Origin: Octopus bimaculoides
Taxonomy: Eukaryota
Assembly (NCBI RefSeq): GCF_001194135.2
Contig: NC_068981.1
Location: 199,023,711 to 199,087,710 of the forward strand
DNA length: 64,000 bases
Reading direction: 5' to 3'
The notes below the pieces were generated by a model, which had not been told where the DNA came from, made no database searches, and saw nothing but the letters and a program-made list of their open reading frames with translations. How positions within the stretch are numbered: the first letter of the stretch is position 1; every line of letters begins with the position of its first letter. A program made the position numbers and the translations under genes. Below, in pieces: positions 1 through 13,408 of this stretch.

Positions 1-547
1 ATATTCCAGTTTTTATAATTTTCATTAATTTACATTGTAAAATATTTAACTTATTAAATGTTGTGAAGGAAAGCCGTTGGCTGTAAGATGTAAGGGTCAA
101 AATACTCTGTTTAACCTATGACCTTCCTGATTAACTACACCCCCCCCCCTCCATGTTTCTCTGGAGCATGAACTTGATGCCCTTGTCTCAATATCTCACA
201 TGTTGCAACAGGAAAAACTGGGCCAAGGGTGGTGGTGCCCACTGCTGGCCAACTGTAAACCATAAACTGTGAAAGCTATACTAATTGACAAAAATCCACT
301 TTTTACTTAAACTTCGCTCTGAAAGGGGTGTCTGTTGCAAGTAGACTCTCACCTCAACAATAATAATAATAATAATAATCCAGATACTCACCCCTCTCTC
401 TCTCTCTAAACCCCTTGAATCACCTGCGATTCTTGAAAGTTTTTGTCTTTAATCACTTCAAAGCTGATAACTTCTTTTGGCTCTCACACTCTTCCCATAC
501 TAATGCCATTGATGCAGAAGCTAAATCTTTTGTCTTCATTAACTTGT

Positions 548-801
548 NNNNNNNNNNNNNNNNNNNNNNNNNNNNNNNNNNNNNNNNNNNNNNNNNNNNN
601 NNNNNNNNNNNNNNNNNNNNNNNNNNNNNNNNNNNNNNNNNNNNNNNNNNNNNNNNNNNNNNNNNNNNNNNNNNNNNNNNNNNNNNNNNNNNNNNNNNNN
701 NNNNNNNNNNNNNNNNNNNNNNNNNNNNNNNNNNNNNNNNNNNNNNNNNNNNNNNNNNNNNNNNNNNNNNNNNNNNNNNNNNNNNNNNNNNNNNNNNNNN
801 N
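548..801. other. Assembly gap (N run)
   Basis: Run of N. Other gaps: 2948-3660, 10828-10903, 20544-20553, 22976-22985, 25642-25651, 44529-44717, 59086-60010, 63388-63409. Confidence 0.99.
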
Positions 802-3800
802 CCACATACACTACAACAATGTTTCCTCACCCATCACCTCACTCCCCCTCCCCCCACTCAGACACTGTGGCACTTGAAGTCAGCAGATTGGTTGGAACTT
901 GAAACTTGGCCAGTTTTATGCTAGTTTATTCCTGCCAATAAAGATACTTCATTCCTGACCCACTGGAAACAGTTGTCAGCTGACTGAAACTATCCACTGA
1001 AGCCAGTTGCTGCGTGGAACCCAAACACAGCAAAAACTCACTGCCTTCACCCCTCCCCTCCCACACACACACACAATCTCCTCACTGACAAGGTTTACTC
1101 ATAGTTGCACTATTGCCATTGAAATGAAAATATAAGATCTACTACGCCCGAAGAAACCCTAACCCTGACCCAGGAAAAAACCAGGTCTACAACTCATATC
1201 CAAACTACAGAGGATACCTTTGTGCATCGTACAATCCTTATGTTATTCCACCTTCTGAACTGCAGCTTATCCTTCTGGTTCCTTACCAAAAGAATCTCTA
1301 CCAATTTTGAACAATCCTTTTTTTTCTTCTGCTTTTCGACAAGGATTGCTCTGTGAGCAAAATCTTTGCAGAGAAAACTTCACCCATCACTGCTTACTTT
1401 GCATCTAATTCTATGCTACACTTAACAAATCTACTCCTGAATCTACCCTTTTCCACCCAACTAACTTCCCCACTTTGCTTGCCCTCATGTTAAGTGTGAA
1501 TGTCCCTCCGATGGCTTCAAACAAAACAGGGCCACCAATGCTGAGTTTGTCCTTCCACACAGAACCTTCAAACATTGCACATCAGATATATTCCCTATAC
1601 TCACCAAACACTCTACAAGTGTATCGCTGTAGAGAAGGAGAGACAAATGCTTGGAAACATAACAGGTTGTTCCCCTTCTCACGAAGGGTAACCCCTGTGA
1701 TCCTGCTAATTATCATCCTGTAAAAGAAGATCTTTTGATGACCTGCTTTGCCGTGTTACCTTCTAGTGGAGTCTCCACTGAGAAACTTGGTGAAAGCAGT
1801 GGTTACTGAGGCTAGAAGATGGGACATTGCTCATAGCTTTTGCAGGGTCATGGAAACTGGTGACATAAATGTTGATGGTCCCCTGTAAACTATTGACACC
1901 TGCAACAAAGATATGAGCAAGGAGACCATTTTAGAGAACCTATGTTCTGGGGTCGAAAGCCTGGTCATTGTCGTAGTTAATGAAGGCTTTGCAGGGTTGG
2001 ATGAGAAAAGAGATGCGAGTCAGAGTCCCTGAGTACCCTTCTTATGCCACCTCTACTCAGTAGAGATGGCATCAGAAGATCCACTTCTGAGGGGCAGAAG
2101 TCATAGTAGGTCCAATAAAAAAAAACGGAGAAAGGAGAGATAAAACTTTGGAGTTTGGAGTCAGGTGTGGTACATTTTCTGTTTGACATGATTTTTGTGT
2201 TCACTCATTCTGTAACCATGGTTACTCTTGCTTCCTGTAGTATATGATGTGGGTATTTTTGTTGTGTATCTTGATGGGTTGAAATTATTTTTGCATAGTG
2301 GTCTTCAGTGTAATCTTCTAATTGATTGGATGATTTCTTGTTAACCAATGTCTTATTTTATTTGTAGCATTTCTTTTATTTGGTTGATGAAAATTTATAA
2401 GTTTGTCTAAAGAACAGATTTGATTCTGGATATTTTCTCTCTTTCTGGACATTTATTACTTATGTTTATGGAAGGATATGTTTGCATTTTTAGTGCCTAC
2501 AGAAGTGGTGTGTGTGAGTGTGTTGTTTCTGGTCACAGAATGGCTGCAGATTCATGAAACAGACCACATCATGTATCACGTCTATCTGCCCAATTGCTGT
2601 TAGAATAATATTTTACAAAACCATTAGAATGCAATACCTTCTCATCGTTAATTCAAAAACCATAAACCAGCTTTAAACAACCAAAATATATGTGAATTGC
2701 ATTGTGACCATGAAAGTTGTAAACTTCATGAATGAAAGTGCTATGCTGGTCATACGAATACAACATTTTCCCATTGTTTGACCATGCACGTACAACAAAA
2801 AAACTGTCACAACAAACTACGATACAATATGTGACACCGCAAAAATCAAAAGAACAACAATAGTTGACAATGTTGCAATTCTGTAGAGAATGGCAGCACA
2901 AAAAATGAGAACAGAATCTGTGAAGGCTTTGATACTAGAACCCCCCCNNNNNNNNNNNNNNNNNNNNNNNNNNNNNNNNNNNNNNNNNNNNNNNNNNNNN
3001 NNNNNNNNNNNNNNNNNNNNNNNNNNNNNNNNNNNNNNNNNNNNNNNNNNNNNNNNNNNNNNNNNNNNNNNNNNNNNNNNNNNNNNNNNNNNNNNNNNNN
3101 NNNNNNNNNNNNNNNNNNNNNNNNNNNNNNNNNNNNNNNNNNNNNNNNNNNNNNNNNNNNNNNNNNNNNNNNNNNNNNNNNNNNNNNNNNNNNNNNNNNN
3201 NNNNNNNNNNNNNNNNNNNNNNNNNNNNNNNNNNNNNNNNNNNNNNNNNNNNNNNNNNNNNNNNNNNNNNNNNNNNNNNNNNNNNNNNNNNNNNNNNNNN
3301 NNNNNNNNNNNNNNNNNNNNNNNNNNNNNNNNNNNNNNNNNNNNNNNNNNNNNNNNNNNNNNNNNNNNNNNNNNNNNNNNNNNNNNNNNNNNNNNNNNNN
3401 NNNNNNNNNNNNNNNNNNNNNNNNNNNNNNNNNNNNNNNNNNNNNNNNNNNNNNNNNNNNNNNNNNNNNNNNNNNNNNNNNNNNNNNNNNNNNNNNNNNN
3501 NNNNNNNNNNNNNNNNNNNNNNNNNNNNNNNNNNNNNNNNNNNNNNNNNNNNNNNNNNNNNNNNNNNNNNNNNNNNNNNNNNNNNNNNNNNNNNNNNNNN
3601 NNNNNNNNNNNNNNNNNNNNNNNNNNNNNNNNNNNNNNNNNNNNNNNNNNNNNNNNNNNNTCTCTCTCTCTCATCTTATTCTTGTTCCCTTCAGCCACCC
3701 ATTCTGGCCTTCCACTGTTTCCCTCCTTCTTGATCACATGAGCTCAGTGACAGTACACCATCATAAGTTACTGACTATTCTCTATAAGACACCTCCCCCC

Positions 3801-4830
3801 CACCTCACCTGTTGGTACCATGATGGGAAACACTCTGCAAGCACCACCTGCATATTCTCCAAAGTGATTTGTGTACAAGAAATAAAGTATGAGTGAGATG
3901 TTCTTAAGTTCTGTCTCACCACCAACTTGATAACCTCAGTGGTGCTGTGGAAAATTGAACCCAATACACACTGTAAAGTGGTTGGGAAATGAGTGGAGGA
4001 AATACAGGGCTGTGAGATACTTTTAGTGTTGTGTTGTTCCCGAGAGATGATCAAGTGTTGGTACTACAAGAAAATTCCCCCAAGTCCACTTTGTAAAGTG
4101 ACTTTTGATAGGAAGTGCATCCAGCCACATGCGCACCAGTCTATTCATGTGGTGTTATGACTAACCCATATCGACATGGAAAGCAGATGTAAAATGATGA
4201 GGATGGTACGCACGTGTTGGGATATATGGTCAAACAGACTGCAATGCGGCTGTGCTGGCAAGACCTATGTAGCAGATGCCAATAAGAAAAGCTCCAGTGA
4301 ATTTGTTGTGGGGAGTGGAAAATCCAATGTTTTGGACAGTCCTTCTTCAGGGAAAAAGTTGAAAGAAAAGGAATTAATGAGAGATGGCAGAGTTTTGCAT
4401 TCTCTGAGTTAAAAAAAAAAAAGCTTACTGCAGGTAGGTGTGTGTGTGTGTGTGAATAAAGTATATGTGCAGTTTTCGTCAGGGTGACTGAAACTAATAG
4501 TTGTGCACTCTGAGTGCTCAAATTAGTATGCCACTAAAATACCAATTTGAGGATGTGATTTTGTGACTGCCCTTTCTGAAGCAGCTAAAAGTAGCTTCCC
4601 TTTGAGTTGGTTGGCATAAATTAATGCAGAAAAGGAAAAGGCAAACCGTTTGGCAAGACTTGATAAGGACATTTGATTGTCTTTGACAGCTGTTTCTAGG
4701 ATATCCCAGCTATTGGCGCCATCATGTTGAGCGAAGATTCCATATGCTGAGCATTCTGTCTTTGGAGCAAACTGTTTACCATTTCTTTTTCTGCTTTAAT
4801 CTATCTGTCTGTCTAAAAAAGATATACAAG

Positions 4831-4934
4831 GTGCAGGTATAGCTGTGTGTGGTAAAGAATTTTACTTCCCAACCACATGATTTTGGGTTCAGTCCCACAG
4901 TGTGGAACCTTGTACAAGTGTCTTCTACTATAGT
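4831..4934 (+). mobile_element. tRNA-derived SINE, family A, 5' fragment
   Basis: Shares GCTGTGTGGTAA...CCAACCACATG..TGGGTTCAGTCCCAC...CAAGTGTCTTCTACTATAG with the copies at 13409, 28433 and 63808. Confidence 0.8.
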
Positions 4935-7141
4935 ATACTACTGTAATATGTGTGTTGGATCAAAACTAATCCAGTTTATCCAAAACCTAAACTCCATCAT
5001 CCCAAACACTTTCCAAGTGTTGTTTATATTCTTTATCAATATTTGTACAAATTTACTGTTTTTGTTTATTATTGGAAGCCAATTGTTTTTTTTTTTAAAG
5101 AAATAATTGTTTTGTGATTGAGTAACGTTGCTAATGTTTGTGGCTTGAATGGTTGTTTTGTGAGGAAGGGAACCAATCAATTCTTGGAACAAGTTGATAT
5201 GACTTTTAATTGAATTTACAGAATGGAGTGAATGGCATCTTTCCCAGGATGAATAAATGTTTTTTTTGTTGTTATTTAGTCTAGATTGGAATGGATATGT
5301 TTTGGGCAATGTCAGATCTGCAGAAATAAAGTGAATAAATGAAAGAAATACAAGCTAAAGGGGAGAATGTAATTCTTAAGAACGACATATTTTGTTGTTG
5401 TGTGTGTGGGTGGGTGCAAGTATTGTGATGTAAGAGTATAACAAATGAATGAATTAGGGTTTGTCGTGTACTTTCTGATTTCAGGTCATGAAAATTGTAT
5501 GATTGTGATTGGTTAAACTGTTAGGATCTGATGAAGCCCTCCACTTCCTGCTAAATGGCAGATCTTTCTTCATAGCAAACAGCTTATAAACCACTTTATG
5601 CTGGCCATTTACTTCTGATTCTGTTGGTTTACTAAGAAGAGTTGTTTCCTTTCCAGACACACAGTTTGCTAGAAGTAGCAGCCATCACTCTGCTATTGCA
5701 CCCTTTTTTTAATAAAGAAAGGGTATAGACACTGTACTCCTATATTCAGTATTATTCTGAATAAAGATTGGGGTGGTCAACACTGGAGTGTCTACTTAGT
5801 CAGAATTGACATGTAGTCAAAGGACAACAGCATTACTAGTAATCTGTGTCTGTTCCTGGTATTATAAGATTTATCTCTGTGTTTATATTTGTTAATGGGG
5901 ATTATGGCAATGTGCAGCTTATTGGAGGAGGATTGTCTAAAACAAAAGATTCACTTTCCATTGATCACCTTCAAACCTACTCACTTTTGTTGAGTCAGTT
6001 TGTGTTAATTACTATTTGATTTATACAACTGATTGTTATTCATGTTTCACATATAAGATACATTGTACATTTTACACATACATGCACATATAAATTTGAA
6101 CGTGTCCTTTAAGTCCATATTTGGCAGCGTCCTCTGGACTACATGTTCTACTAAAGTTTGCAAGTTAAACACAAATTATTTTCAAATTTAAACTCAGACT
6201 TTCTGCCAATAATTAAACCAGAAATATTTGAAATCAGTTTGAAGGCATTGTTTCCCATCCGTACACAATCTGTTCCTCATTGCAATGAAATCCACTTGGA
6301 CTGTCAGTTTTATAAAAGGTGTAAAGATGATCCCAAGAAAGATTTAATTAATTTATCAATGTACAACAGTGTATTTGTAGAGTGTCTGATTAGAGGTGAA
6401 GTTTTGAATTTAAAGCAGAAATTAATTGTGTGTAAGAGCCCCAAAAGTGTATACTTTAAGCCTACATTTTAAGTAGTTGAAGTAAGCTTTGTTGTGGTTG
6501 GTAACTGAATACAGTGAACAAATACAAACTAGTCTGTACCATATCATACATTTACATTGTCTAAAGACAATCTGGTTTACTGTACCAGTCAGCTTTCTTC
6601 TAGAGAAAGAGAGAGAGACAGAGACATGCACACAGATTCTCTGTTGTCTATTGTTGATGCCATACCAATAAGTGTTCTGACAAATATCAACCTCCATTTT
6701 TCATGTAAAATACTTTCATTTCCATATAATCCTGCAATTGTTTTACGTAATCATGTTTTGGAATGTATTTGTCTGTCTTTGACACATTCAGTCATGAAGT
6801 CTTTGCCTCTTTCTGACCTTTTATCGCTGCAGATTTTTTCTGACCTTTTAATTCTGCAGCTTCAGGTTTAAGGTAACCAGATTTCATTTTCTTGGAATCT
6901 CTAAGAAGTATAGCAATGAATTGTACATTTTAATAGTTATAAATGTACTCCTGTGTGTATGTGTGTGTATATCTTTAATACACATACACACAAACACGGA
7001 ACAATATTCCTCTATTTCAAAGATTTTGAAGTCTGCATCTTATGTTATTCGTATTGTTCCTTATAATACACACACACACACACACACACATCCAGTAGAG
7101 GAGTGAGAGTGAGAGGGGGAGAGACAGAGGTCTATGGTAAG

Positions 7142-7371
7142 GTGGCGAGCTGGCAGAAACGTTAGCACACCGGGCAAAATGCTTAGCAGTATTTTGTCTG
7201 CCGTTACATTCTGAGTTCAAATTCCGCCAAGGTCGACTTTGCCTTTCATCCTTTCGGGGTCGATAAATTAAGTACCAGTTACACACTGGGGTCAATCTAA
7301 TCGACTTAATGCCTTTGTCTGGCCTTGTTTGTCCCCTCTATGTTTAGCCCCTTGTGGGCAATAAAGAAATA
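7142..7371 (+). mobile_element. tRNA-derived SINE, family E, full length with 16-bp TSD
   Basis: A-box-like TGGCAGAAACGTTAG, B-box-like GAGTTCAAATTCC and central CCTTTCATCCTTTCGGGGTCGAT. The direct repeat AGAGGTCTATGGTAAG flanks it at 7126-7141 and 7372-7387. Confidence 0.9.
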
Positions 7372-7449
7372 AGAGGTCTATGGTAAGTGATGAAGAAAAG
7401 GCAGGGGCCTTGGCTTTTACAGGCTCTCAAACACAGGTTAGATTGGTTC

Positions 7450-8520
7450 TATTAACATCCTGCTTAATTTGTTCCATGTTGACAGTTCTAGCAAAGACAT
7501 GTGCAAGGTGGGTAATTCCAAGGGGATAAAGTTCTGGGGAGGAAGAACTGAGTATAGTGGTGGTGGTGGTGGTTGTGGCTAGTGGTTAATAGGTGAAAAC
7601 AACATGGCTGATGTCTGGAGGAGAACTGTATGTCTCAGGGGTAGGAACTCATCCAGCTCTGCTGAGCTGAAACTATTGAAGTACGTATAGAAATGGCAGA
7701 GAGAAGACAGTACATGGGCTGGGAACTGGAAATGAGGCTCTGGGACTTGTCATTCTTTTAACTGACTTTCCCTTTTGTAAAGTCTGGAATGGGTTTTGTA
7801 CAGTACCCTCCTGGATAGTGGGCATTGTTCTATTCTGGGTTTCACCTGCACTTTGTTGAGGGTCAGTAATTGTTAGATTTTTCTGGTTCTGAAGAGAAGG
7901 ATCAAACTTTGAGATCCTATCTTAAAGCCATGGTCTCCATAACAGATCTTCTCTGACGCTCTACAACATTGAGTGTAAGTACTCACTCAGCTGCTTGGGT
8001 TGAAGGAATGGCTAGTTGTGATGGTACTTTCTTTATAAAAAGGACTTTGGTGGGTTTCCTGTTTCTTTTTATTGCTGTTGAAGGATGCAATACTGGCATG
8101 GGCCTGACAGCAGATATTTTTGAGGTTTCCCTTCATGGAATCGGTGCAGGTTTGATGGGAGGTGTTTTGGTTGGATGAAGCTGACACTCAGGTGGGATAT
8201 GGTTAGAGATAAACAAAAGATAGTGTGGACCAGTTCAGAGTGGATGCTGTTACATGGAATGGCAAGGGAATGATTGATGTTTAGAAAGAAGCACATCTGG
8301 GGCAGAGGTGAATGTTTGAGAGACACCAATATTGATAAAACATGGGTTAGAGAAATGTTCATTAGGACAAGCCATGAGAGTGTAATCTAGCAGGAAGTGA
8401 CCGAGATGAGAGATGGGTAGTTTTGACAGGAGGCTGGCATATTTGATGTTGTTGAAGGGTTTGCAGATGTTATCAGCAAAATGAACTTCACTAGGATGAC
8501 TGACATCCTAGATCTGTTAA
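7450..8520 (-). mobile_element. Degenerate CR1/Jockey-superclade LINE reverse-transcriptase fragment
   Basis: Minus-strand translation ICKPFNNIKYASLLSKLP...EHFSNPCFINIGVSQ resembles the RT segment KAFD.VWH..LLSKLP...INSGVPQG. Downstream TLNKVQVKPRIEQC resembles LYKAQVRP.MEYC. Many stops and frameshifts. Confidence 0.6.
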
Positions 8521-8651
8521 TGGATCCAGCTTCAGGAAGCTGTGGTGGTCGTCATTAAAGGAGGAGAGTGATAGAAAGGGGGGGGGGCAGACAGAAAAAC
8601 TGAATGAATTTTTTGTATTTTCATGCCAGAGGCTCTGATGTCTTTCTTATT

Positions 8652-8875
8652 TCTTTATCGCCCACAAGGGGCTAAACATAGAGGGGACAAACAAGGGCAG
8701 ACAAAGGGATTAAGTCGATTACATTAACCCCCAGTGCGTAACTGGTATTGACCCCGAAAGGATGAAATGCAAAGTCAACCTTGGCGGAATTTGAATTCAG
8801 AACATAATGGCAGACAAAATACCGCTAAGCATTTCGCCCGGCGTGCTACCGATTCTGCCAGCTCGCTGCCTTCAA
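8652..8875 (-). mobile_element. tRNA-derived SINE, family E, with 14-bp TSD
   Basis: Reverse complement of the 7142-7371 copy with a ~10-nt internal deletion. The direct repeat ATGTCTTTCTTATT flanks it at 8638-8651 and 8876-8889. Confidence 0.9.
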
Positions 8876-9240
8876 ATGTCTTTCTTATTAAAAGCAAACT
8901 ACAGCCTCTGATTCAAATAATTTTCATCATTATACTGATGAGGACTAATTTAGACCAAAACACATGAATGATTTTTTTCCGTTCATTATTGCAAAATAAA
9001 AGATTCAGTACAATACCATTCTACAATTGAATTTTAATTATTATTATCAAGTAACTATGTGTATGGAGTATATTATTATCAAGTGACTCCATGTATGGAA
9101 TAAATTCTTCTGCCCATCGAAGTAAAACAAATGTACCAACTAAATTCACAGACCGTTATGTGTGTGTGTGTGGTCGGTGAGTGTGTTTCTATATGTACCT
9201 ATATATGTGTGTGTACGTACGTATATATCTATACACATGT

Positions 9241-9244
<4 letters not shown>

Positions 9245-9302
<58 letters not shown>
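9245..9302. repeat. (TA)n microsatellite, one of many
   Basis: Perfect dinucleotide run. Similar (TA)n, (CA)n and (GA)n tracts occur near 11082, 13024, 21235, 22986, 24638, 38360, 38694, 50558 and 60011. Confidence 0.98.
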
Positions 9303-9305
<3 letters not shown>

Positions 9306-9484
9306 TACACACATGCATATATGTATTTAAGTGTATTTTGAAGTCTCATTTAACCTACTCTTTCTCAGTATTGTCACACTGACAGTAAATGTTCAGGTGT
9401 TATTCTTAAAATGCTTGAAAATAACACTTGAACATACGTATGTGCATGCATACACACGTGTGTGTATGCACACACACACATTAC

Positions 9485-9525
<41 letters not shown>

Positions 9526-10404
9526 TATGCTGATACACATGCATTTGCATATTTGCCAGTGGTACTCTTCTTGCATGTTGTCATTTTTTTCCTTCCACTA
9601 AACCATTTAAGGTGAAAAACTATAAAAGTCAGAAATGACTGCACTCAACTTCACTCATTGATTTCTACTCTGTCGCTTTTATTCTGACAGAAATCAATTT
9701 TTGCTTCAAATTTATTGCAGTGATCATGATGTTGGTTTGGTTTTCATTTCTAGTTACTTTTTCTCTGCCTTTCGTTTCAGCTGCTCTATATCTACATGTA
9801 CGTAGATTGGTTGAATAATCAGTATTGGATGGAGTTTGGTTAAAGACTGTAAACTTAAGTGAGAACAGAAGAATAGGCAAATGGACCCTGCTTCCCTATT
9901 TAGGAAACCATTTCTCGTCTCTCAATATTGAATTCTACATTCCAATATTTGCAGCCCCGGTTACATAGTTCCATTTTAATGGTTTCATATTACAAGTGCT
10001 GGCATGGCTGTGTGGTCTGGTGTTCAATTTCAGTGAACAGTACCTTGAGCAAGTGTTTTCTACTGTCCACCCCACTCCACCAAGTCAACTAAAGCCATGT
10101 GAATGGATTTGGTTGATGGGAACTCAAAAAAGTACATCATGCATCCTCTGTTTTTAACATTATGTGATGCTTCTATAATGAGCATCACCATTGTGTGAAA
10201 GATGTTGTTCCTTTCAAGTCTCCTCCAGAAAAAAACCCCACATCTAACCATGAGGAAATACTAACGTTGCTTGGCAACAACTGGAAGGACATCCAACCGT
10301 AGAATATCTGCTTCAACCACTTCTGTCCGACTTATGCAAGCAGAGATGTTAAAATGGTGATGAGGATAATCAGCTCCAGAGCTTCTAAGTCTTGCTTCCT
10401 CATA

Positions 10405-10785
10405 TTCTTTACTTGTTTCAGTCACTGGACTGTGGCCATGCTGGGGCACCACCTTGAAGAATATTTTAGTCATGATTCGACTCCAGTATTTATTTTTATT
10501 TTAAACCTGGTACTTATTATGTCAGTCTCTTTAGCCAAGCCACTAAGTTATGGGGATGTAAACACACCAACACCGGTTGTCAAGCAGTGGTGGAAGACAT
10601 ACACACACACACACAGACACATATAATAGGATTCTTTCAGTTCTTGTCTACCAAATCCACTGACAAAACTTTGGTTGGCCCACGGCTCTAGCAGAAGACA
10701 CTTACTCGTGGTACCATGCAAAGAGACTGAACCTAGAACCATGCAGGTGGGAAGCCAACTTCTTATTGCACACCCATGCTTCTGT
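10405..10785 (-). mobile_element. tRNA-derived SINE, family A, near full length
   Basis: Reverse complement of the head (CTTTCAGTT...TACCAAATCCAC...AGAAGACACTT), internal (CA)n and 3' module seen at 13409-13738. Confidence 0.75.
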
Positions 10786-10911
10786 GAGGGGGTGTGTGTA
10801 CGTATATATATATATATATATATATATNNNNNNNNNNNNNNNNNNNNNNNNNNNNNNNNNNNNNNNNNNNNNNNNNNNNNNNNNNNNNNNNNNNNNNNNN
10901 NNNTGACAAAG

Positions 10912-10999
10912 ACTGTTACTCAGTTTCACGTTCCTGTTCGTTGGACACTTTCTAACGAAACTATCCGACGATCAGGAATGTGAAACTCTGAGTAACAGT
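10912..10999. repeat. 88-nt inverted repeat / hairpin
   Basis: Left arm ACTGTTACTCAG-TTTCACGTTCCTG-T-TCGTTGGA pairs with right arm TCCGACGA-T-CAGGAATGTGAAA-CT-CTGAGTAACAGT; 18-nt loop. Confidence 0.85.
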
Positions 11000-11079
11000 T
11001 TTTAAAAGCATATTACTCTACCTCTGGTATTTGCGTACTCTTTTTTTCCACCTTGTTTCACATTTATGTGCTTACTCCA

Positions 11080-11116
<37 letters not shown>

Positions 11117-11635
11117 GCAGTCAATTCTATGGCCAGTCATAGAGTGACCAATATTTTCACATCCACAAAGCACTTTGCCTTATAGACAACTTATCAGACT
11201 CCAATGGCCATGGACATATACACCTCTTGTCAAAGAGGTGTATATGTATATACACACAAGTGTATGCACAGATATACATATGATTATGTATATGCATAGA
11301 TATGTATGTGTACACAAACACATGTACATACACATATACATACAGAGGGAGAGAGTTCATAAATATTAAGACCAAACTCTAATTAATGCTTTTCAATTAT
11401 TAAATTTTTAATGATACTCTGTTCACACGTAGGGTTTTTTTTTTATGCATTGGAAAACCTGTTGCTAGTGTTTTATAGTGAAAGAGACATTTATTTAATT
11501 AACAATAATTTGACATATTTCTTTGAGAGTATGGTCTAACCATGTTGGTTAGACATTCCAATTAACTCATTAGAGTTACTGCTATCATAATTTAGTTTTT
11601 AGTTTTACTTATGTTGTTTTTTATTATATAGATTT

Positions 11636-11935
11636 CAGGCTCACAATCATGATGGAGTGAGTTTGATTCCCAGGCCTGGCTGTGTATTGTGTTCTTGAGC
11701 AAGACACTTTATTTCGCGTTGCTCCAGTTCACTCAGCTGTAGAAATGAGTTGCAAAGTCACTGGTGCCAAGGCTGTATCGGCCCCTTTGCCGTTCTCTTG
11801 GATAACGTCAATGGCATGGAGAGAGGTGAGGCTGGTCTTCCATAAACAATAACCTTGCCCGGACTTGTGCCTGGGAGGATAACTTTCCAGGTGCAATCCC
11901 ACGGTCATTCATAAACGAAGGGGTCTTTATCCTTT
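11636..11935 (+). mobile_element. tRNA-derived SINE, family B
   Basis: B-box-like GAGTTTGATTCCC followed by TTCTTGAGCAAGACACTTT...TTGCTCCAGTTCACTCAGCTGTAGAAATGAG. A related inverted piece lies at ~46250-46400. Confidence 0.65.
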
Positions 11936-13021
11936 TAGTACAAACAGGATAAACGGAACTGAAAACCTGAATAAATTTTATTTCTCATTAGCAGAAGATG
12001 TATATGTAATGTGTGTGTCAGTTGTGTAGGATTGCATGAGTCAGAAGAAATAAGCTCTTGTATATTCGTGAATAGAGTGGATATGTTATTTTATGCAATA
12101 CAATATTAGAGATGATTGTATTAATCAGTTTCCTATGTGAGAATTTAGGGAAACTAATCTCCACACTTATCAAAAGGGCCAGCAGGAAGGGCCTGGTGCA
12201 GGCCTTTTGCCGTTGGTGGTCAGAAAATGTTGCATCCAGTTTGTGAATTTTGTAAGAAATTGGAGTGAAAGATCCAACAGATCCTTCACCGAGAGTATTT
12301 CCCCCTCACCACACAAGTTTTCTCTCAGGAATTTCTCCCACAGCATTTTTGTTGTTGTTTCCAACGACATCCACATCCTGGATGCAGCACTTTCTGACTT
12401 TAAGTGACAAAGAGTCTACACCATACTTTTCCAACCAACCTTTTTTTTTTTCCATGAGTGCTGAGATTGGTTCTCCTCAAACTGCAAAACCAATTGGTCA
12501 AGTGGGCTGCAATGTGTGTGGGGTGGGGGTGATATTTTGTGAATACAATAATTTGATAGCAGAATGCACAATATTTTGTTCTTTCACAACCTCCCATTCG
12601 GTTATTTCCAAGTGTCAAATCAACGAAACAGTAATATAATGCCCACTATTTATGAATAAAGTTTTCTTCTCTTTCTCTGTCTCCACACAAAATTAATGAG
12701 GAATGTTTGTGCTATTGAGGCAAAAATTAGCTAGAGACATTTGCAGCTGGCTGCTTGGCGATTTGCCAAACTTCTCTGCTTTCAAGTTCTTTAAAAAATA
12801 AAGTTTATTGTTGGTTTAGCCAAAGTTTTGTTGAGATTTATTCGAACTTCATTTCGTTACCAATATTTTTCTTATTTTCCTTATACCCCACCCACACAAA
12901 GATTTCAGTTTTTCGTATGATAGATATGTGTACATATTTGTATGTGTGGGTGTATAGGCAATTATACAAATAAACAAATTAGACACATCATGTGTCTAAT
13001 TTATTCATCTGCATAATTGCC

Positions 13022-13099
<78 letters not shown>

Positions 13100-13408
13100 C
13101 ACACACACACGCACACACACACACGTGTGTGTGTGTATAGGCAATCATGCGAATAAGCAAATTAGACACATCATGTGTCTGTTTATCCCCATAATTGCCC
13201 CTATACCCACTCAGCCTGATCCCTCTTAAAGCCTTTCTTTACCTTGTGGAATCAATCCCCTGGAAAGACAGAGACTAAGTTTTACGCTTCTGAGCTCTGT
13301 TAAGTGTTTTCTATGTGGAGTATCTCTGGATCTCATCTGTGAACGATATGTATATAAATATATATATGTAAGTGTGTGTATGTATGTGTGCATATGAATG
13401 TGTATATA

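Noticed and set aside
415-3741. Long ORFs full of X (also at 44247-45057 and 59042-60144)
   Set aside because: They are open only because they cross N-gaps.
4523-4795. 90-codon stop-free minus-strand frame (SRKRNGKQFAPKTECSAYGIF...)
   Set aside because: No recognisable family and no convincing splice sites; ORFs of this length are expected by chance in 64 kb.
5525-5564. CTGATGAAGCC...GGC hammerhead-like start
   Set aside because: The GAAA core is missing (AGATC follows); it is better explained as a simple GATCTG/CAGATC hairpin.
9131-9644. YIYIYI / CVCVCV / HTHTHT ORFs here and throughout the window
   Set aside because: Translations of (TA)n and (CA)n microsatellites.
12170-12376. Protein-like minus-strand ORF MWMSLETTTKMLWEKFLRE...
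   Set aside because: No recognisable motif and no supporting neighbouring exons; unresolved without a homology search.
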